Shown: piece by piece, positions 1-26,692 of the stretch
Layout of the letters: each line of letters starts with the position of its first letter
How positions within the stretch are numbered: the first letter of the stretch is position 1
Assembly: GCA_012295275.1 (NCBI GenBank)
Contig: CM022678.1
Location: 16,182,001-16,246,000, forward strand
Length of the DNA: 64,000 nt
Origin: Chrysomallon squamiferum
Lineage: Eukaryota; Animalia; Mollusca
Direction of reading: 5' to 3'
Program-made: the position numbers and the translations under genes
The notes under the pieces: generated by a model
What the model saw: the letters and a program-made list of their open reading frames with translations, nothing else
The model's database searches: none
What the model was told of the DNA's origin: nothing

Positions 1-12441
<12,441 letters not shown>

Positions 12442-14739
12442 GCTACTGAGAAAGAACTGATGCATTTTGTCATAATCTGCCAAGATGGAGAAATGTACAT
12501 CATATTATTATATTACAATCAGTTTTCTTTCAATTCATATTATTTTAAATTTTTTTTTTTTTTTTTTTTAAATTTATATTTAAAATAAACCTATATTTTT
12601 AATCATAGTAAAAAATAAGAAAATAGTAAGTATCAGTAGATATTCATAATGATAGTAAATATGTTTGTAATCATGTCTGTACAGATATTTTGTGAAAGTT
12701 CTTGCATTGTTAGAATATAGTTCAGATTAGCAGTTTTAAAACATTTTAGAATGTTCATACTCCTTAAAATTTTACAATATTTTCTTGAAATACATAAATT
12801 GTAGAAACCAAAAGAGAAATGAAGTCAGAAATTGACAAAATCTGTATAACAATAAAGAGTATATTTGATAACCATGCTGGAGGTTTCATTGTGTAGGTAT
12901 CCCTGGTTACAAATCACTGCAGCAGATCGTACTAGCCTCTGACAATCAGTTATTGTAAACACACAATCATCAGATTTAACACTTCAAGCTTCCAGCACTT
13001 ACCAAAAATATTTTTTCTTCTTTTTTTCTTACTTACTTTCTTTTTCTTTTTAGGATGTTGTACTTGATTGTATCTGATTTCATGTAGTAAACTTAAATAC
13101 CTGTCCTAGAAATAATGTTTCAATACTAACTTTGCATACTATTGTAATTTTTCAAATAAAAACACAGTCAGTACAAAGATTCCTATTAATTGGTTGACTT
13201 CATTTAATAGTTACTGATCTGTTTTATAAGCTTATATTTTTTTTCTAAAGGGGCAGAAAAATTATTTTAAAATGTGATTATTGTTACTAAGTTATTAATT
13301 ATGTGTCTTTGGATGCAGTGTCTGAATCCTGACTTTGTATCCTGTTACAGTTTATCAAATCAAAATAGAACCTTTATAAAGGTTCATATTAATGGTTATT
13401 TGGTTTATTTGGTAAAATTGACAAAAGCCAAACAGAAATAATAATAACAATAATATTAAGAATAAAATATAATAAAAATATAATAAGAATAAAATATAAT
13501 AAAAAATAATAAATAAATAAAAATAATTTAAAAATAGTAAAATAAAAATAATTTAAAAATAGTAAAATAAAATAATATTAAAAATGTTAATATTGATGTT
13601 TAACTGTTTGTCGTGAATTATCTGCCCTTGGTAAAGTTGTAAAACTCTTTACTATAGTTACTGAACTGTTTTGCAAAGTTAATATTAAAAAAAAAAAAAA
13701 ATCACATCTGTATTTAAACTTTTTTTATTAGTTTAAATTCTGTTGTGATATCTGTGATATTTTTAGAAAATATTTTAACAGTTTTTGTATTATTATTTTT
13801 ACATTTTGTAATAAAATATTTTAGTTTTATTTAGTTGTTTGTTTGCATATAACAAAACAATTCATTTGCCTTAAACAGCCATGCCATACACAGAAACTGT
13901 TCTGATGTTGTGTAACATTGAGTTTAACACATACAACCATGGAATCCACAGAAACATTTACTTGGATGATGGGAACATACTGGCACATAATAAAATATAT
14001 AATAAAGTAAATGCATAATCCAACATTCACATATGATATGGATATGGTCAAACAATGACCATGATAAACAGTTAATTTAATCACTTTTGTCAATATATGT
14101 ATATTAATAAACACACTTTGCACTCTTATGTAGTTACAGTAAGAGTACAGCTATCATTTGACTCAGATTGACAGGTGGATTATTTGAAGGTATTATATAA
14201 ATAAACAAATTAGGAAAAAAAAAAAATATCATGTAATATCTAATCAACTGAATAGCATGTATAAACTTGTGCTGTTTAACAAAAGAATATGGCACCAACA
14301 GATTTTGTTGTATTCCACATATGTAAGCATTAATATGTCCTCTGAACGAATAATAATAAAAATAATTAAAAGTGAAAAAATGTATATCTTATATTGTCAC
14401 CAAGGAATGGAATAAATGTATTTTCAATGCAATTTATGTTAGTTATAGTGTTCAGAGCAATTCTTTTTCAAAATGAACTTCATAGAGAGATTAGTAGATT
14501 TAGTAATAACATAATAAACATAATTCAGTAATATGTGTTTATTGTCCATTCAGCTTTTACCTCTCCTTTTCAGATGTTTAGTTTTTACATGTGAAATGAT
14601 TCTTTATATATCCATATATTAATTAATATATATACATATATATATATATATATGTATGTGTGTATACAAAGAAAAAAAAAGAAAAAGAAAGAAACTCAAA
14701 AGGCATTTTTCTTTTTTAAACCGTAAAAGTACCTCTTTA

Positions 14740-14939
14740 CCTTCACCCATATTCATATCGATCATATACGAAAATTAACGAACGTTTACGAATTCATTTC
14801 GGTTAATATCGGACAACATCGGAATAGGAAAACCAGACTAGTTACCATTACGTTTCCGCTCCATTTCACATGCCTAAGAAGTGACAAAAGATATTGTTCG
14901 CATATTCTGGCTTATTCTTTTTGTTATGAACAGGTGAGA
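14740..14939 (+). promoter_or_regulatory. Probable promoter and non-coding first exon of the Sulf gene
   Basis: Local CpG enrichment against a CpG-poor background, followed by a strong donor CAG|GTGAGA at 14933/14934; lies just after the C8orf34 3' UTR. Confidence 0.5.
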
Positions 14940-16110
14940 CATGTTACTTTAAGTAGCTAAAACTCTTTGTCGAATCTAATAATTTGTAGGCAATTATTAT
15001 GTTATTATTTTAAAAATGGTTTTACTTGATATTTTTATTTTTTTTAGATTGCACAGTTTGACAGTCAAAGTTAGCACTTGTTGTTTTTCAGTCTATAAAA
15101 TAATTTTACGATTATGAATGAAGTTTACCGGGTAAAATTTTCGATCGAGACTTTATAATTGCTGTAATACTTTCAAGAGACATCAGTATTACACTTATTA
15201 GTTTAGAATGTCAGTCTGTCGTGATTTAATTAGAAAAAAATTAGCACATTTTTTGTTGTTTTGGCATTATTTTATAAAATACAAAATTAAATTGGTTGTC
15301 GACAATTGATCTTGATTCTCAGAAGTTTGATTAGTTTTTGGGGAGAAAATAACAATACGTGCTACAAAATTTTAACGTCGCACTTTATCGTATTATCATG
15401 ACTTCTGAAAAAAGAAGAAGAAGAAAATAACTCTTAATCATAGGATATAGATGATAGAATAACAGATCATATTCATAAGAAAATAAACTTTTTTCTTTAT
15501 GAAATATTACTAGAGAACCACAGAATCAGATAATTAAATAATTCCAAAGAACTAATTCAAACAAATACACATTTAAATCAAGATATTTAGTAAAACAGAA
15601 GTGCCATTGTTGTTATATACATAATAGCATCTTTGTCTAACTTTGTAAAAAATCAGTAGATCAAGAAAAAATTTATGATCCAGAAATTGTACAATAATTC
15701 ATTACTTGTATTATAAAAGATTATGACTGATAATGACAGAATACCCCATTATAATATCAAATAACTATATTTTTGTCTTGTAATTTTTTTTTTTTTTTTG
15801 CCTTTCATGGTCTCAAAAGTCACAGCTGAACTGATATCCATGAAACAATGGATATTATTATAACTGTATTTAACAATATAATAATTAATACTTATCATCT
15901 GCCCCAAAATAAAATTTAGTATATTTATCTATCTATCTATCTATCTATGTATATATCTATATATTTAACAGTATTTTATTTATTATTATTATTATTATTA
16001 TTACATTTTTTATTTGTTTTTTTATTTTATATTTTTAAGTTCTATTTATAAGCTATGCAAAATTTAGTTATGTTACCAAAATATTTATTATCATTGTTAT
16101 TATTATTATT

Positions 16111-16167
<57 letters not shown>

Positions 16168-17392
16168 ATAGTTCTAATATACTTGGCCAAAATATTTATA
16201 ATCACTTAAAGTTAAACCCAGAACATTTCTGGTTGGTTAGAAAGTTAACAGAGTAAGACTATAGATGCTATCACATTAGAACTGATCAGTAACTCTTAAT
16301 GATATCTGGTGTCTTAATCATAGTCAGAATACTGGGATTGGTTGTGGTAGTTGGCACACAAACCAGAATTTGGGATCGTCTTCTCAATCAGCATTAAAGG
16401 TTCAGTTAGGACAGTAGTGTGTGTGTGTATGTGAGTTTGTATCTGTGTGTTGATTGTGTGTGTGTGTGTGTGTGTGTGTGTTGATTCATTTTAAGTTAGT
16501 GCCTAGGTTTGATCCATCAGTCTTCTAGTCTTCATTTTTATGTTACCAACATTTAACAACTAACTGACCATTGATTGATAGATGTTATGTTCTAGACTGA
16601 CACACACACACACACACTGTCATAGACATATACATGCACTACAAACTATACGTATTTACACTCCCATATGTAAAGACAAACACACACACACACATCGGTA
16701 TAGGTAGAACAAATTTGAAGTATTGTTTATAAAATACATTAAAAAAGTATCTAATATAAAACAAAAAAATATGTAGACAGTAATTCAGTTTAAAATGATA
16801 AAAAGTAACGAAATTAAAAATCACTTCAGACTGTTTAATACTGTAATATGTGTGCTCTGAGTTACAATAATGTTATCTGATAGAATTCCTTCTGTCATTC
16901 TTCTACTTGCTGTTGCTCAGCAGGAAAAGTTTTATATTTATTAATTTTGTTTTTCACATAAACAGGATAGTACATACCACACATTTTCATATATCAGTCA
17001 TGTGTTACTGGTTCAAACTAGAGACCATCCTTGTTCCTTCATCTTCAGATCCAGGTGTTATTTTTTATCAGTGATAGATGTATGTGTTTTACAAATAAAA
17101 AATAGTAATAAATAAAAAAAAACAAGAAACAAAACAAAAAAGCAAAACAACAACATAATATACGGTCATTCACTTTAAAATGTCTGGCAGTACATGGCAG
17201 TACATGCCATATATATATATTTTTAAGATGATAAATCATATCAAACTTGCACATAAATGTATTACTTAAAACAGAAAGCAAATGTAGATATATGTATATG
17301 TATGTGTGTGCATGTGTTTTATTTTATTTTCTTTCATCTTTTGCTGTTGAGCAAAGTTACCACATCATCTTTAAATTAGTTCTAGATATATT

Positions 17393-17443
<51 letters not shown>

Positions 17444-18572
17444 CATGAAGAAATCTATTAAAATTTCTTTTGTGAAAAACAATAGTAATAATAGTTTCAG
17501 TAACAATGGCTTTAATTTAATATAGAACGGAAACTAAACAGAATTATGACTAACACTTAATGCACATATTTGATTATAAATATATATATACATACACAAA
17601 AGATTACTGCAGTTCCAAGAAAAAGAAAGTGTCTGTGTAGTGTACTTTAAAAATAACAAAGAACATCTCAGCTAATGTTTAGTCATGGCCATATAATTTT
17701 TTTTAGATTTTTGTTTTTTTTGTTTTATGACAACAGCAAAAGATATGTTGTTACATGTGACACCATAAATCCCATATAAGAATTCTACCACTTTCATACA
17801 GAGAGCATATTGTGAACACACAACTCTGTCTTTACATAGATATGTACCACACACTCATACACAAACATACACACAGATACACACACACATACACATACAT
17901 GCATAACATATACATACAGACAAAAAAACACACATGCACACATATACACACAGATATATACACTCATACATACGCACACACACACACATACATATATACA
18001 CATGTATACATACATACACACACACACACATACATACACACACACACACACACAAAATAGCACAATGCTTCATAATGTTCACATAGGTATAATTTGAAAA
18101 AAACGAAAGCTATCTTTTGGGTCATTATTAACTGGAACTCTTGCCCTCACCCCCCCAACTAGATCTGTACGTGGTGTATTTGTCCTGACAGTATTTGTAT
18201 ATATAAGTAAGTGTGTGTCTGTATGTAAACCTTAGTGACTGGGTATTCAAGTATTTGTTCTGTCTGAGTAAATACCAATTTTTTATTAACCTGTGCATAC
18301 ATGTTCTAGTAGGTACCATTTTCTGGGGTTTTTTAAATTTATTTATTTATTCTTTTTCGTTTTTTCTCCTCATTTCTATCTACATTGCTTTTATTCTTCT
18401 TTTTCTTTTGAAATTTTTATTTATTAATTCTCATTCACACCCGTGATTATATATATATATATATGTATTATATAGTATTATGTATATGTTTGTCTCTCTA
18501 TATATACACATACACACACATAGATAATTAATTTGTTTCATTTTCTGTATGTATTTTCTGTGTGTGTGTGTG

Positions 18573-18609
<37 letters not shown>

Positions 18610-18844
18610 ATGTATGTGTATCTCTGTGTGCATGGTTGTGAAAGTATGTAGCTTTTTTAAATTTTAATTATTAACATATGTATACATACACGTATATATA
18701 TATGTATGTATGTAAAAAATTCTGAAGTTAACTATTGCACTTGCACATTATTTTCCCTGACTGTTTTGACCTTTGCTCTGTACATTGTCCTGGTATCATC
18801 CCAAGCACACACAAAAAACTCCACTTGACTTTCTTTCCCTGCAG

Positions 18845-18998
18845 GACAAGTGCAAAATGTCACATCGCTCTAGAGGTACAGTTCATTTCAGCTGGATGCA
18901 ATCACTTCAAAGTTAATTTAAAACAACACAAGAACAGAAGAAAAAAAAATATTCTAGTATGATTGCGAAGACTGCATCCAGAATTTTTGCTGGAACAG
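18845..18998 (+). other. Candidate 5' UTR exon of Sulf
   Basis: TTCTTTCCCTGCAG acceptor, CAG|GTCTGT donor, higher-complexity island among microsatellites. Confidence 0.4.
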
Positions 18999-19363
18999 GT
19001 CTGTTTTGATGTTGAATAACAGAAACAAAACAAACTCATTGCACGTCGACTTCTAAAGTGAGCTGTAATTGTAATTGGGAATTAGAAACAAACTTCGATA
19101 GATTTTTTCTTTTTTCTTTTTCTTTGATTATACTTAATGATTGTTCCTGCTGTGGATACATGGATGTTGTACTTAAAACCTCTACTGAAATATGTCTGTC
19201 TGTCTCTAGCTCTGTCCACTGATGTAAGTAGATTGTTCTTTTTTATCTCTTATATAAAGATAAATGTGGTTTATCTATTTGGAAAATATTTTGTATTCTT
19301 TAATTTAAACACATACACTTACATAACCTATATAAATATGCTCATGTATTTACTTTCAATTTT

Positions 19364-19414
<51 letters not shown>

Positions 19415-19706
19415 CATGCATTTACACTCATTTATATATTCTTTAAAAAAAAAATTGGTAGTGATAAGAAAGCATTTTTAAAAACTGCAGTAGATTAAAA
19501 CATAAATAATTGGTTGAAATCTCCATGTATGAAGAAAATGTAAAAGAAATGTATCTAAATAAAGTCAAAATAAGAATAAAAAATTCATATTTTTAATCAT
19601 TTTTATAGGAAATAATGCAACTTAGTATTATTAGTTATTTATTTATTTTTAATTTTCTTTCCTTTTTTGAGATTTAAATAGACTTTTTATGCTGTACTGA
19701 TATAGT

Positions 19707-19746
<40 letters not shown>

Positions 19747-22119
19747 ATTTATATAATTATTTCAGAAAATGTTTGGATATAGGTAACTGTTAGGTTGTAA
19801 TTGAAACATTTGTGGTTAACTAAATTTATTACTTTATATATCTGTTTTCTGTATCTATCAGTATCTACATAATTTATCATTTATGAAATGTTTAGTAATG
19901 CATGTAACTACATTTATTTTTATTTCATATTTATTCATTTATTTATTTATTTTTATTTTTTTAATTTTATTTTTATTTATTTATTATTTTATTATTTTTG
20001 TATTTTTGTTTTGTTTTTCATTTTGGTAGAGGATTTTATACAGAAATATGCGTGTGTGTGTGTGTAATACTTTTTAAGTTTTCAAAATGATCTGTGTTAA
20101 TAAACCTGTTACTTTGGGCTAGTCATAGTAGTTGAATTCTCAAAGATTTTAAAGTAGTTTAAGTCTTTGTTATGCATTCCTATACAGTTTTGTCATCCAA
20201 TAAGTTATGTTTCTCAGTAGAAATAGACTGTGAGAAAAAAAAAATGTACAATAAAAAACATCTGAATTAGGTGAAAGTTCAAAAGTAGATCAGAAAAAAA
20301 AAAAAAAAAAAAAAAATACTGAAAGTGAGTAATATATGTGACAGAAAACATGAAAAATATTTTCATTAATTAAGTTACAGTATTTGTTTATTCTTTGCAA
20401 CTGTAAGGAGTGAAAACAAGTTTGTGCCAAAAGTATTAAACTGTAGCGTTGATAGTTTGACAGATTGAGTTATTTCCCTTCTCAGAATTTACAAAAAAAA
20501 AAAAAAAACACAACAAAAAAAAAAAAAACTGTTTAGAAAAACACCAGAAAAAAAAGATTAAAAAAAAAAAAAAGTGAAAAAAAAAATAATGGAACATTTT
20601 ATTGTTATAATATGTTGAAGAAGTTGCCATTAGATTAGCAGCAAGCAATATTTTAACCTTTTTTTAAAGTATTATTATTGTAAAGATTCGATAAAGGTTG
20701 CTTTACCAAATAATTAAATTTCCAGATGAATTCACTGGTATGTGCTCTCCCAGAATGGAAAAATAAAAAATATATAATATAATTTTTTCTTTCTTTCTTA
20801 AATCTTTTGTTAAATATGTTTAGAGTTAAAATAAACCAGAGTTGTTTTCTTATAAATTTGGATAAAGCTTTGTTTGCCAAATAGTTATTACCCAACTGAA
20901 ATGTGTTTGTATGTATTGTTATGAACAGCCATAAGTACAAAAAATAAGCTGACCATTTTTTTTATTGATATGTTTCACTAATATTTACACATACAGATTT
21001 TTTGTTGTTTTTTTTTTTTTTTTTTTAGTTGACAACTATGAATAAAATAGTAAAAGTTCAGAAAGTTTTGCTGTCACACATTTTTACTAACATTTACATA
21101 TTTTCTATTGAAAATTCTTGCCTATTTATATTTTCTGAAAAGTCCTATGAAGACTTCTACATTTTTAAATCACCAGTTAGTTTTCTTCTAACATATTTCT
21201 TCTAGTCTGAAATACAATAAGTTACATGATTTAAACTTACAACAGACAGACTTTGAAGGATAATTTGTTTTTCTTTAAAACCTTTTTGAATAAAATGTTT
21301 CATAAAAATTAATCTATTTATATTTTTCAAGTAGATAAAACGATATTTGTTAGCAATTTCGGATGTTAGTAAGTTACATGGTTAATTAATTGTACTAAAT
21401 TAATAATAATTTGTCCTAATAAATGTTAATTAAGCAATAATGATGTGCCTTCAATGAATGATATTAAAGAAAATGCAGTAATCATTTTTGTAAATCTTAT
21501 AATCCAGGAAAATACATCCAAGAAATGTTTTACTGTATGTGTGTGTTTGTATGTAAATGTATGTATGTATGTATGCACAGACATATGTATATAAGTATGT
21601 ATGTACATATTGACAGACTATTTTTGGAGCACTATCTGGATTAGTAAATCGCCTGATTAAAATGTTGGTTAATAATGATCCAGTGTCCAATTACATTATA
21701 ATCAATCATAAGAGGTCTTTACTAAACTGAGCTAATAAAAATATTATATTAAACAAACAATTTTTAATTTCCATTTCTCAAAACAAAATATTCTTTCACA
21801 ATGTGGAAACCTGAACTAACACTTTAACAGTATGTATTTTGGTGACATTTTTATGAATTATAGGTTTAAGATTTGATGAAGAAAACAGTGGTTCACAGGT
21901 CATAGTGAAAATTGATAGACCCATCATAGAGAAAACAGCCACTTTATCACTGAACTATTTTTATTGTTTTTTTTATTTCAGAACATTTTACATTCAGTTG
22001 TTTATAGATAAACATTATTTAGGGCTGCACTTTTACTAGTGTTAGATGTACAGCACGTTTTGAAAGACGTTTGTTGTTATACACCAAATATAACTAACTT
22101 TATTGTTTTTTTCATTTTT

Positions 22120-22155
<36 letters not shown>

Positions 22156-22659
22156 GTAAGTATATAAATTAAAATTGTATACTTGTTGAAAAACATTTAT
22201 TAAATTACTTTTTTATTATATATATATATATATATTTTGGAGGTAGAATAAGGTAATGAATTATAATTGTTAATAATAATCAGAACTAATAATAAAAACT
22301 TTATTTTGATAGCCATTTATTTCTGTTTGAAAGTCAGGTTACGTTTATGAACAAAAATTGTATAATTTATTGTTAAGATTTTTGTATGCTTTTGAAAGAC
22401 ATTTACTAATTATAAATGAAACATAACTGAATATTACATTTTGGATACAGTTGTTAGTTTTTGAATTAAAATTGTATTATTTATTATTAACAAATTAGAA
22501 CCTTATTCTTTATTATATTTTGGAGATGGTCAGGTTATGAATTAAAAATAGATTTTATTTGTTTATGTTATTTTGGAATTGTTACTGCATGTTTTGAACA
22601 ACATTTACTTTTTATTAATTAAAAATAAAAGTATATCTTTAATAAAGTTTTTTATGTAT

Positions 22660-23530
22660 ATTTTATATCTTATTTATTTTATATTCTAGTAATAGCTTTT
22701 TTCAATACCATATATTATTAGCTTTATGTTTAAAATGAATCCAGTTCTTTTGATATTATTACAGCTTGTTTGTTTGTTGTTGTTTTTTGTTTGTTTTCCT
22801 TTGTTCTTTATTTTTCCTAATACTGATTTTATCAAGGTACAATTTTATGTCTTATTTATTTCCAGTTCTAGTAATAATTCTTTTTACTGTAACACAATTT
22901 ATTTTATTACAGCTTTTTTTCTTTTTAATATTGATTTTATAAATGTATATTGTATCTTATTTATTTACAGTTCTAGTAATATTTTTTTTTTTTTTTTTTT
23001 ACCGTAATCTATGTTATATTATTGGTTTATTTTTTAAATGAATTTATTGCCTTTGATATTATTACAATTTTTTTTTTTTTTTTATATATTTGTCTTTAAT
23101 ATTGATTTTATCAAGATACATTTTACATCTTATTTATTTCCAGTTCTAGTAATATCTATTTTTTACTGTAATCCAAACCACATTATCATCTTTATCTTTG
23201 AAATGAATCAATTGCCTTTAATATTACATAATATGATTTAGTTTGGAATACTGATATGTTTTTTTTTTTTTTTTTTGGTTCTTTTTTTTAATCATATTTA
23301 TATCCAGTTCCAATAACAGCTTTTTTTTTTTACTGTAAGTCATTTTATCGCCTTTAACCTTGAAATGAATTGATTTAGTTTTGAATATTGATACTTTATT
23401 ATTCTGTTGTTTTTTTTAATCTTATTTATATCCAGTTCCAATAATAGCTATTTTTTTTAACTGTAACATGAGCTATTTCATCATCCTGGTCTTTGAAATG
23501 AGTCAGTTGCTGTTGCCTTTGATATTATCG
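22660..23530. repeat. Degenerate tandem repeat, about 6 units containing TCTTATTTATWTCCAGTTCYARTAAT
   Basis: Motif recurs near 22668, 22850, 22955, 23128, 23295 and 23420. Confidence 0.7.
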
Positions 23531-24599
23531 CATATGGTTACGGCTACAATATTACATCATCAAGACTGCAGTAATTAGTGTGTGCAGACACAACCACATT
23601 GTAAATCTTGTCTCATTATCTCAAAAATCTTTCTGTTTGTGTCTGAACTGTAATCAGATACCATAATGTCCTTGTAGTAATTATCATAACCTTTTTAACA
23701 GTTGAAAAATAATTTATAATTTTTTTTTTTTTTTTTTTTTCATTGGTGTGATTAGAGAGTTGGATCTGTGTGAGTGGTCAGGATAGCGTGCATGCTTGCA
23801 TGTTGTTGTGTTCAGTTTGAAATTTTAAACTGTTTTATGACAATACATATGGCTTAAACAGAAAACATGGTGGGGTTTTTTGGGGTTTTTTTTTTTTTGT
23901 AGCTGTGCTTAAAACTGGAACACATCTGTGTATGTATATATCTTCTTTTTTTTTTTTTTTTTTTTTTATTTATTTTTCTTTGTAATTTTAAACTGTATCT
24001 TGTTACAAATATCTCACATCTGTTTTAAACTATTTTTTTAAATTTTTATTTCAGTAGGATTTTTTTTTTTTATTATTGTTTATGACTGGAATAGAGGCCT
24101 ATTACCAACAAACTTTTTTAATTTTTATTTATTTAGTTAGTTTTTTTGTTGCTGTTTTTTTTATTTGATTTGATTTTTGATTTTTTTTTTAGGGTTTGCT
24201 GATATAGTTTTAATGTTTATGTCATTTATTTTCTTTGTAAGTTAAAATCTTTTTAACTGGCATTAGCAAAGAAACGTACCTCTATAGGTTTTTATTTTAT
24301 ATTATGTTGTGGTTCGGTTCTAAATGTATTTAGTAACCATCTTACCTCTGTTATGCAGGAGTAGAAAAGCTGTGATTTCATGATCAACATTTACAGATGT
24401 GCATTTATGTAGGTGTTTCCATAAAAAGGGCAGTGTATATGAAGATCTTTGACTAAGAGCAGTACGAATAGGAAATTGCATAAATCACTGTTGCATAGCA
24501 ATTAACATATTTGAGAAAATGGGAGTGTGGTCTTCTTTAGATTCAAAAATACTCACGTATTCTGTGATTTGTTATGTAATGTTAGTTTGTATTATATTA

Positions 24600-25015
24600 T
24601 ATATTTATATTATGTTATATATATATATATATATACCATACTACCATATCATATCTTATTTTATTTTAGTTTAGTTTACGTTACCTTAGTCTACTTTATT
24701 TTACTTCATTTTACTTCACTTCACCTCATTTTAGTCTACTCTGCTCTATTCTACTCTATTCTACTCTACTCTACGTTATTTTACTTTATTTTAATCTGCT
24801 TTACTTTTCTTTATTTTACTTTAATCTACCTTTTTTTACTTTTGCTTTATTTTACTTTAATCTACTTTACTTTATTTTATTTTATTTTTACTTTATTTTA
24901 TTACTTTACTTTATTTTACTTTACTTTACTTTACTTTACTTTACTTTACTTTACTTTACTTTACTTTACTTTATTTTACTTTACTTTATATTACTTCACT
25001 TCACTTCACTTCAGT
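24600..25015. repeat. Pentanucleotide microsatellite (TTTAC)n with TTATA/TCTAC/TTCAC variants
   Basis: Directly visible; source of spurious ORF 24527-25060. Confidence 0.9.
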
Positions 25016-25064
25016 GTGTTATGTATTTGCAGATTTTACACACACAAGACTGTCAACTAGAGCT

Positions 25065-25251
25065 ATGGAGCTGGCTGTTTTACACACATCACTGTTTTGG
25101 CTGCTGCTGGCAGCAGTGCTTCAGCCTGGCTCATCGGCCGCGACATCAGAGAAACACAAGTACTTCAAGCGCATGCCTCGCCAACAGAGGCATCGCAGTG
25201 AAAAGCCAAACATCGTTTTAATCCTGACAGATGACCAGGATTTGTTGTTAG
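25065..25251 (+). CDS. Sulf1: Sulf coding exon 1 (signal peptide to TDDQDLLL)
   Basis: Acceptor TTGCAG at 25032, ATG 25065, donor G|GTTAGT. Confidence 0.93.
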
Positions 25252-25283
25252 GTTAGTGTGTGTGTGTGTATGTGTGTGTGTGT

Positions 25284-25324
<41 letters not shown>

Positions 25325-26655
25325 GCCGTTTGTGTAGCAGTGTGTGTGTGTGTGTGTGTGTGTGTCTGTGTGTATAGCCGTTTGTGTAGCAGTGTGTGTG
25401 TGTGTGTCTGTGTGCGTGTGTGTGTGTGTGTGTGTGCGTGTGCGTCTGTGTGTGTGTGTATATGCCTGTGTGTGCATGTGTGTGCGTGTGTGTGTGTGTG
25501 TGCGTGCGTGTGTGTGTGCGTATGAGGCAGTGAGGGGTAAAGGTTGTAGATTTTTTTTTTTTTTTTTTTATCTAAGTTTAATTAGGCAAGGGTTTTTAAA
25601 TTTTTTTAACTCAATTTAATTTCACTTTTTTAAATTGTATTTTATGTAACTATATCCTTTACCTATGTTTGTCTTTTTAGCTATATTTTATTTTAAGTTT
25701 TTTTTAAGATCTATTTTAAAAGTTTGTTTTATTTCGTTATATTTTATTTAATTATGTTCTATTTACTTTTATTTAACTGTATTTTATTTTATTTTAAAGC
25801 ATTCTACTTTAGTATATTGTTTTTTAACTACATCTCACTTGTTTAGTGTATGTATATATATATATATATATACACATACATATTCATATATATATATATA
25901 TTTATTTTATTTAACTTGGTTTTTTTACTGTTCCTTTTTAAACTATATTTTATTTAACTTTTTCATTTTAAATTATTTTTAAACTGAGGTTTATTTAATT
26001 AAAATGTATCTATCTACACTCTGAAACTTCAGGATCTTTAAAGGTAATGCCAAAGCTGCGTCGACTTCTGATTGACGAAGGTGTGACGATGAACAACTCC
26101 TTCGTCACCACACCCATGTGCTGCCCCTCCCGCAGCTCCATTCTGACAGGAATGTACCCTCACAACCACAACGTCTACACCAACAATGACAACTGTTCAT
26201 CGGTGATGTGGCGCAAAGAGCACGAACCTCATGTGTTCTCCACCTACCTCAGTGACGCTGGCTACCGCACAGGTACGTCCTGGCTTTTTCTTTCAAGTGT
26301 ATTGTGTGTGTTTTAATTGAAAATGTGTAAATTACAAAATTAAAGATGTGTATTAACACACAAAACAAAAAAAAATACCCATCTCGTTTACATATGCACA
26401 CGTACTGGTCCAGATCGAACCCATGCATAGTTTTTACTGTATTTTTCAATTTCATCATATTTATCAGCATAATTCTGTTGCTGTGGCATATAAATATATA
26501 ACAGTATAATAACAGTAACACATTTTTTATATAGATAGATAGATAGATAGACACACAGACACAGACAGACAGACAGGCAGACAAATATATATAGATCGAC
26601 AGAAAAACAAAAACTCATTTCAAGATTTATTTTTCTTTATTATTAGTATTATTAA

Positions 26656-26692
<37 letters not shown>

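Noticed and set aside
24527-25060. 177-aa hydrophobic ORF, and similar ORFs at 39596-40120, 17794-18082, 25256-25619 and 53847-54199
   Set aside because: Translations of (TTTAC)n, (ATT)n and (CA/TG)n microsatellites.
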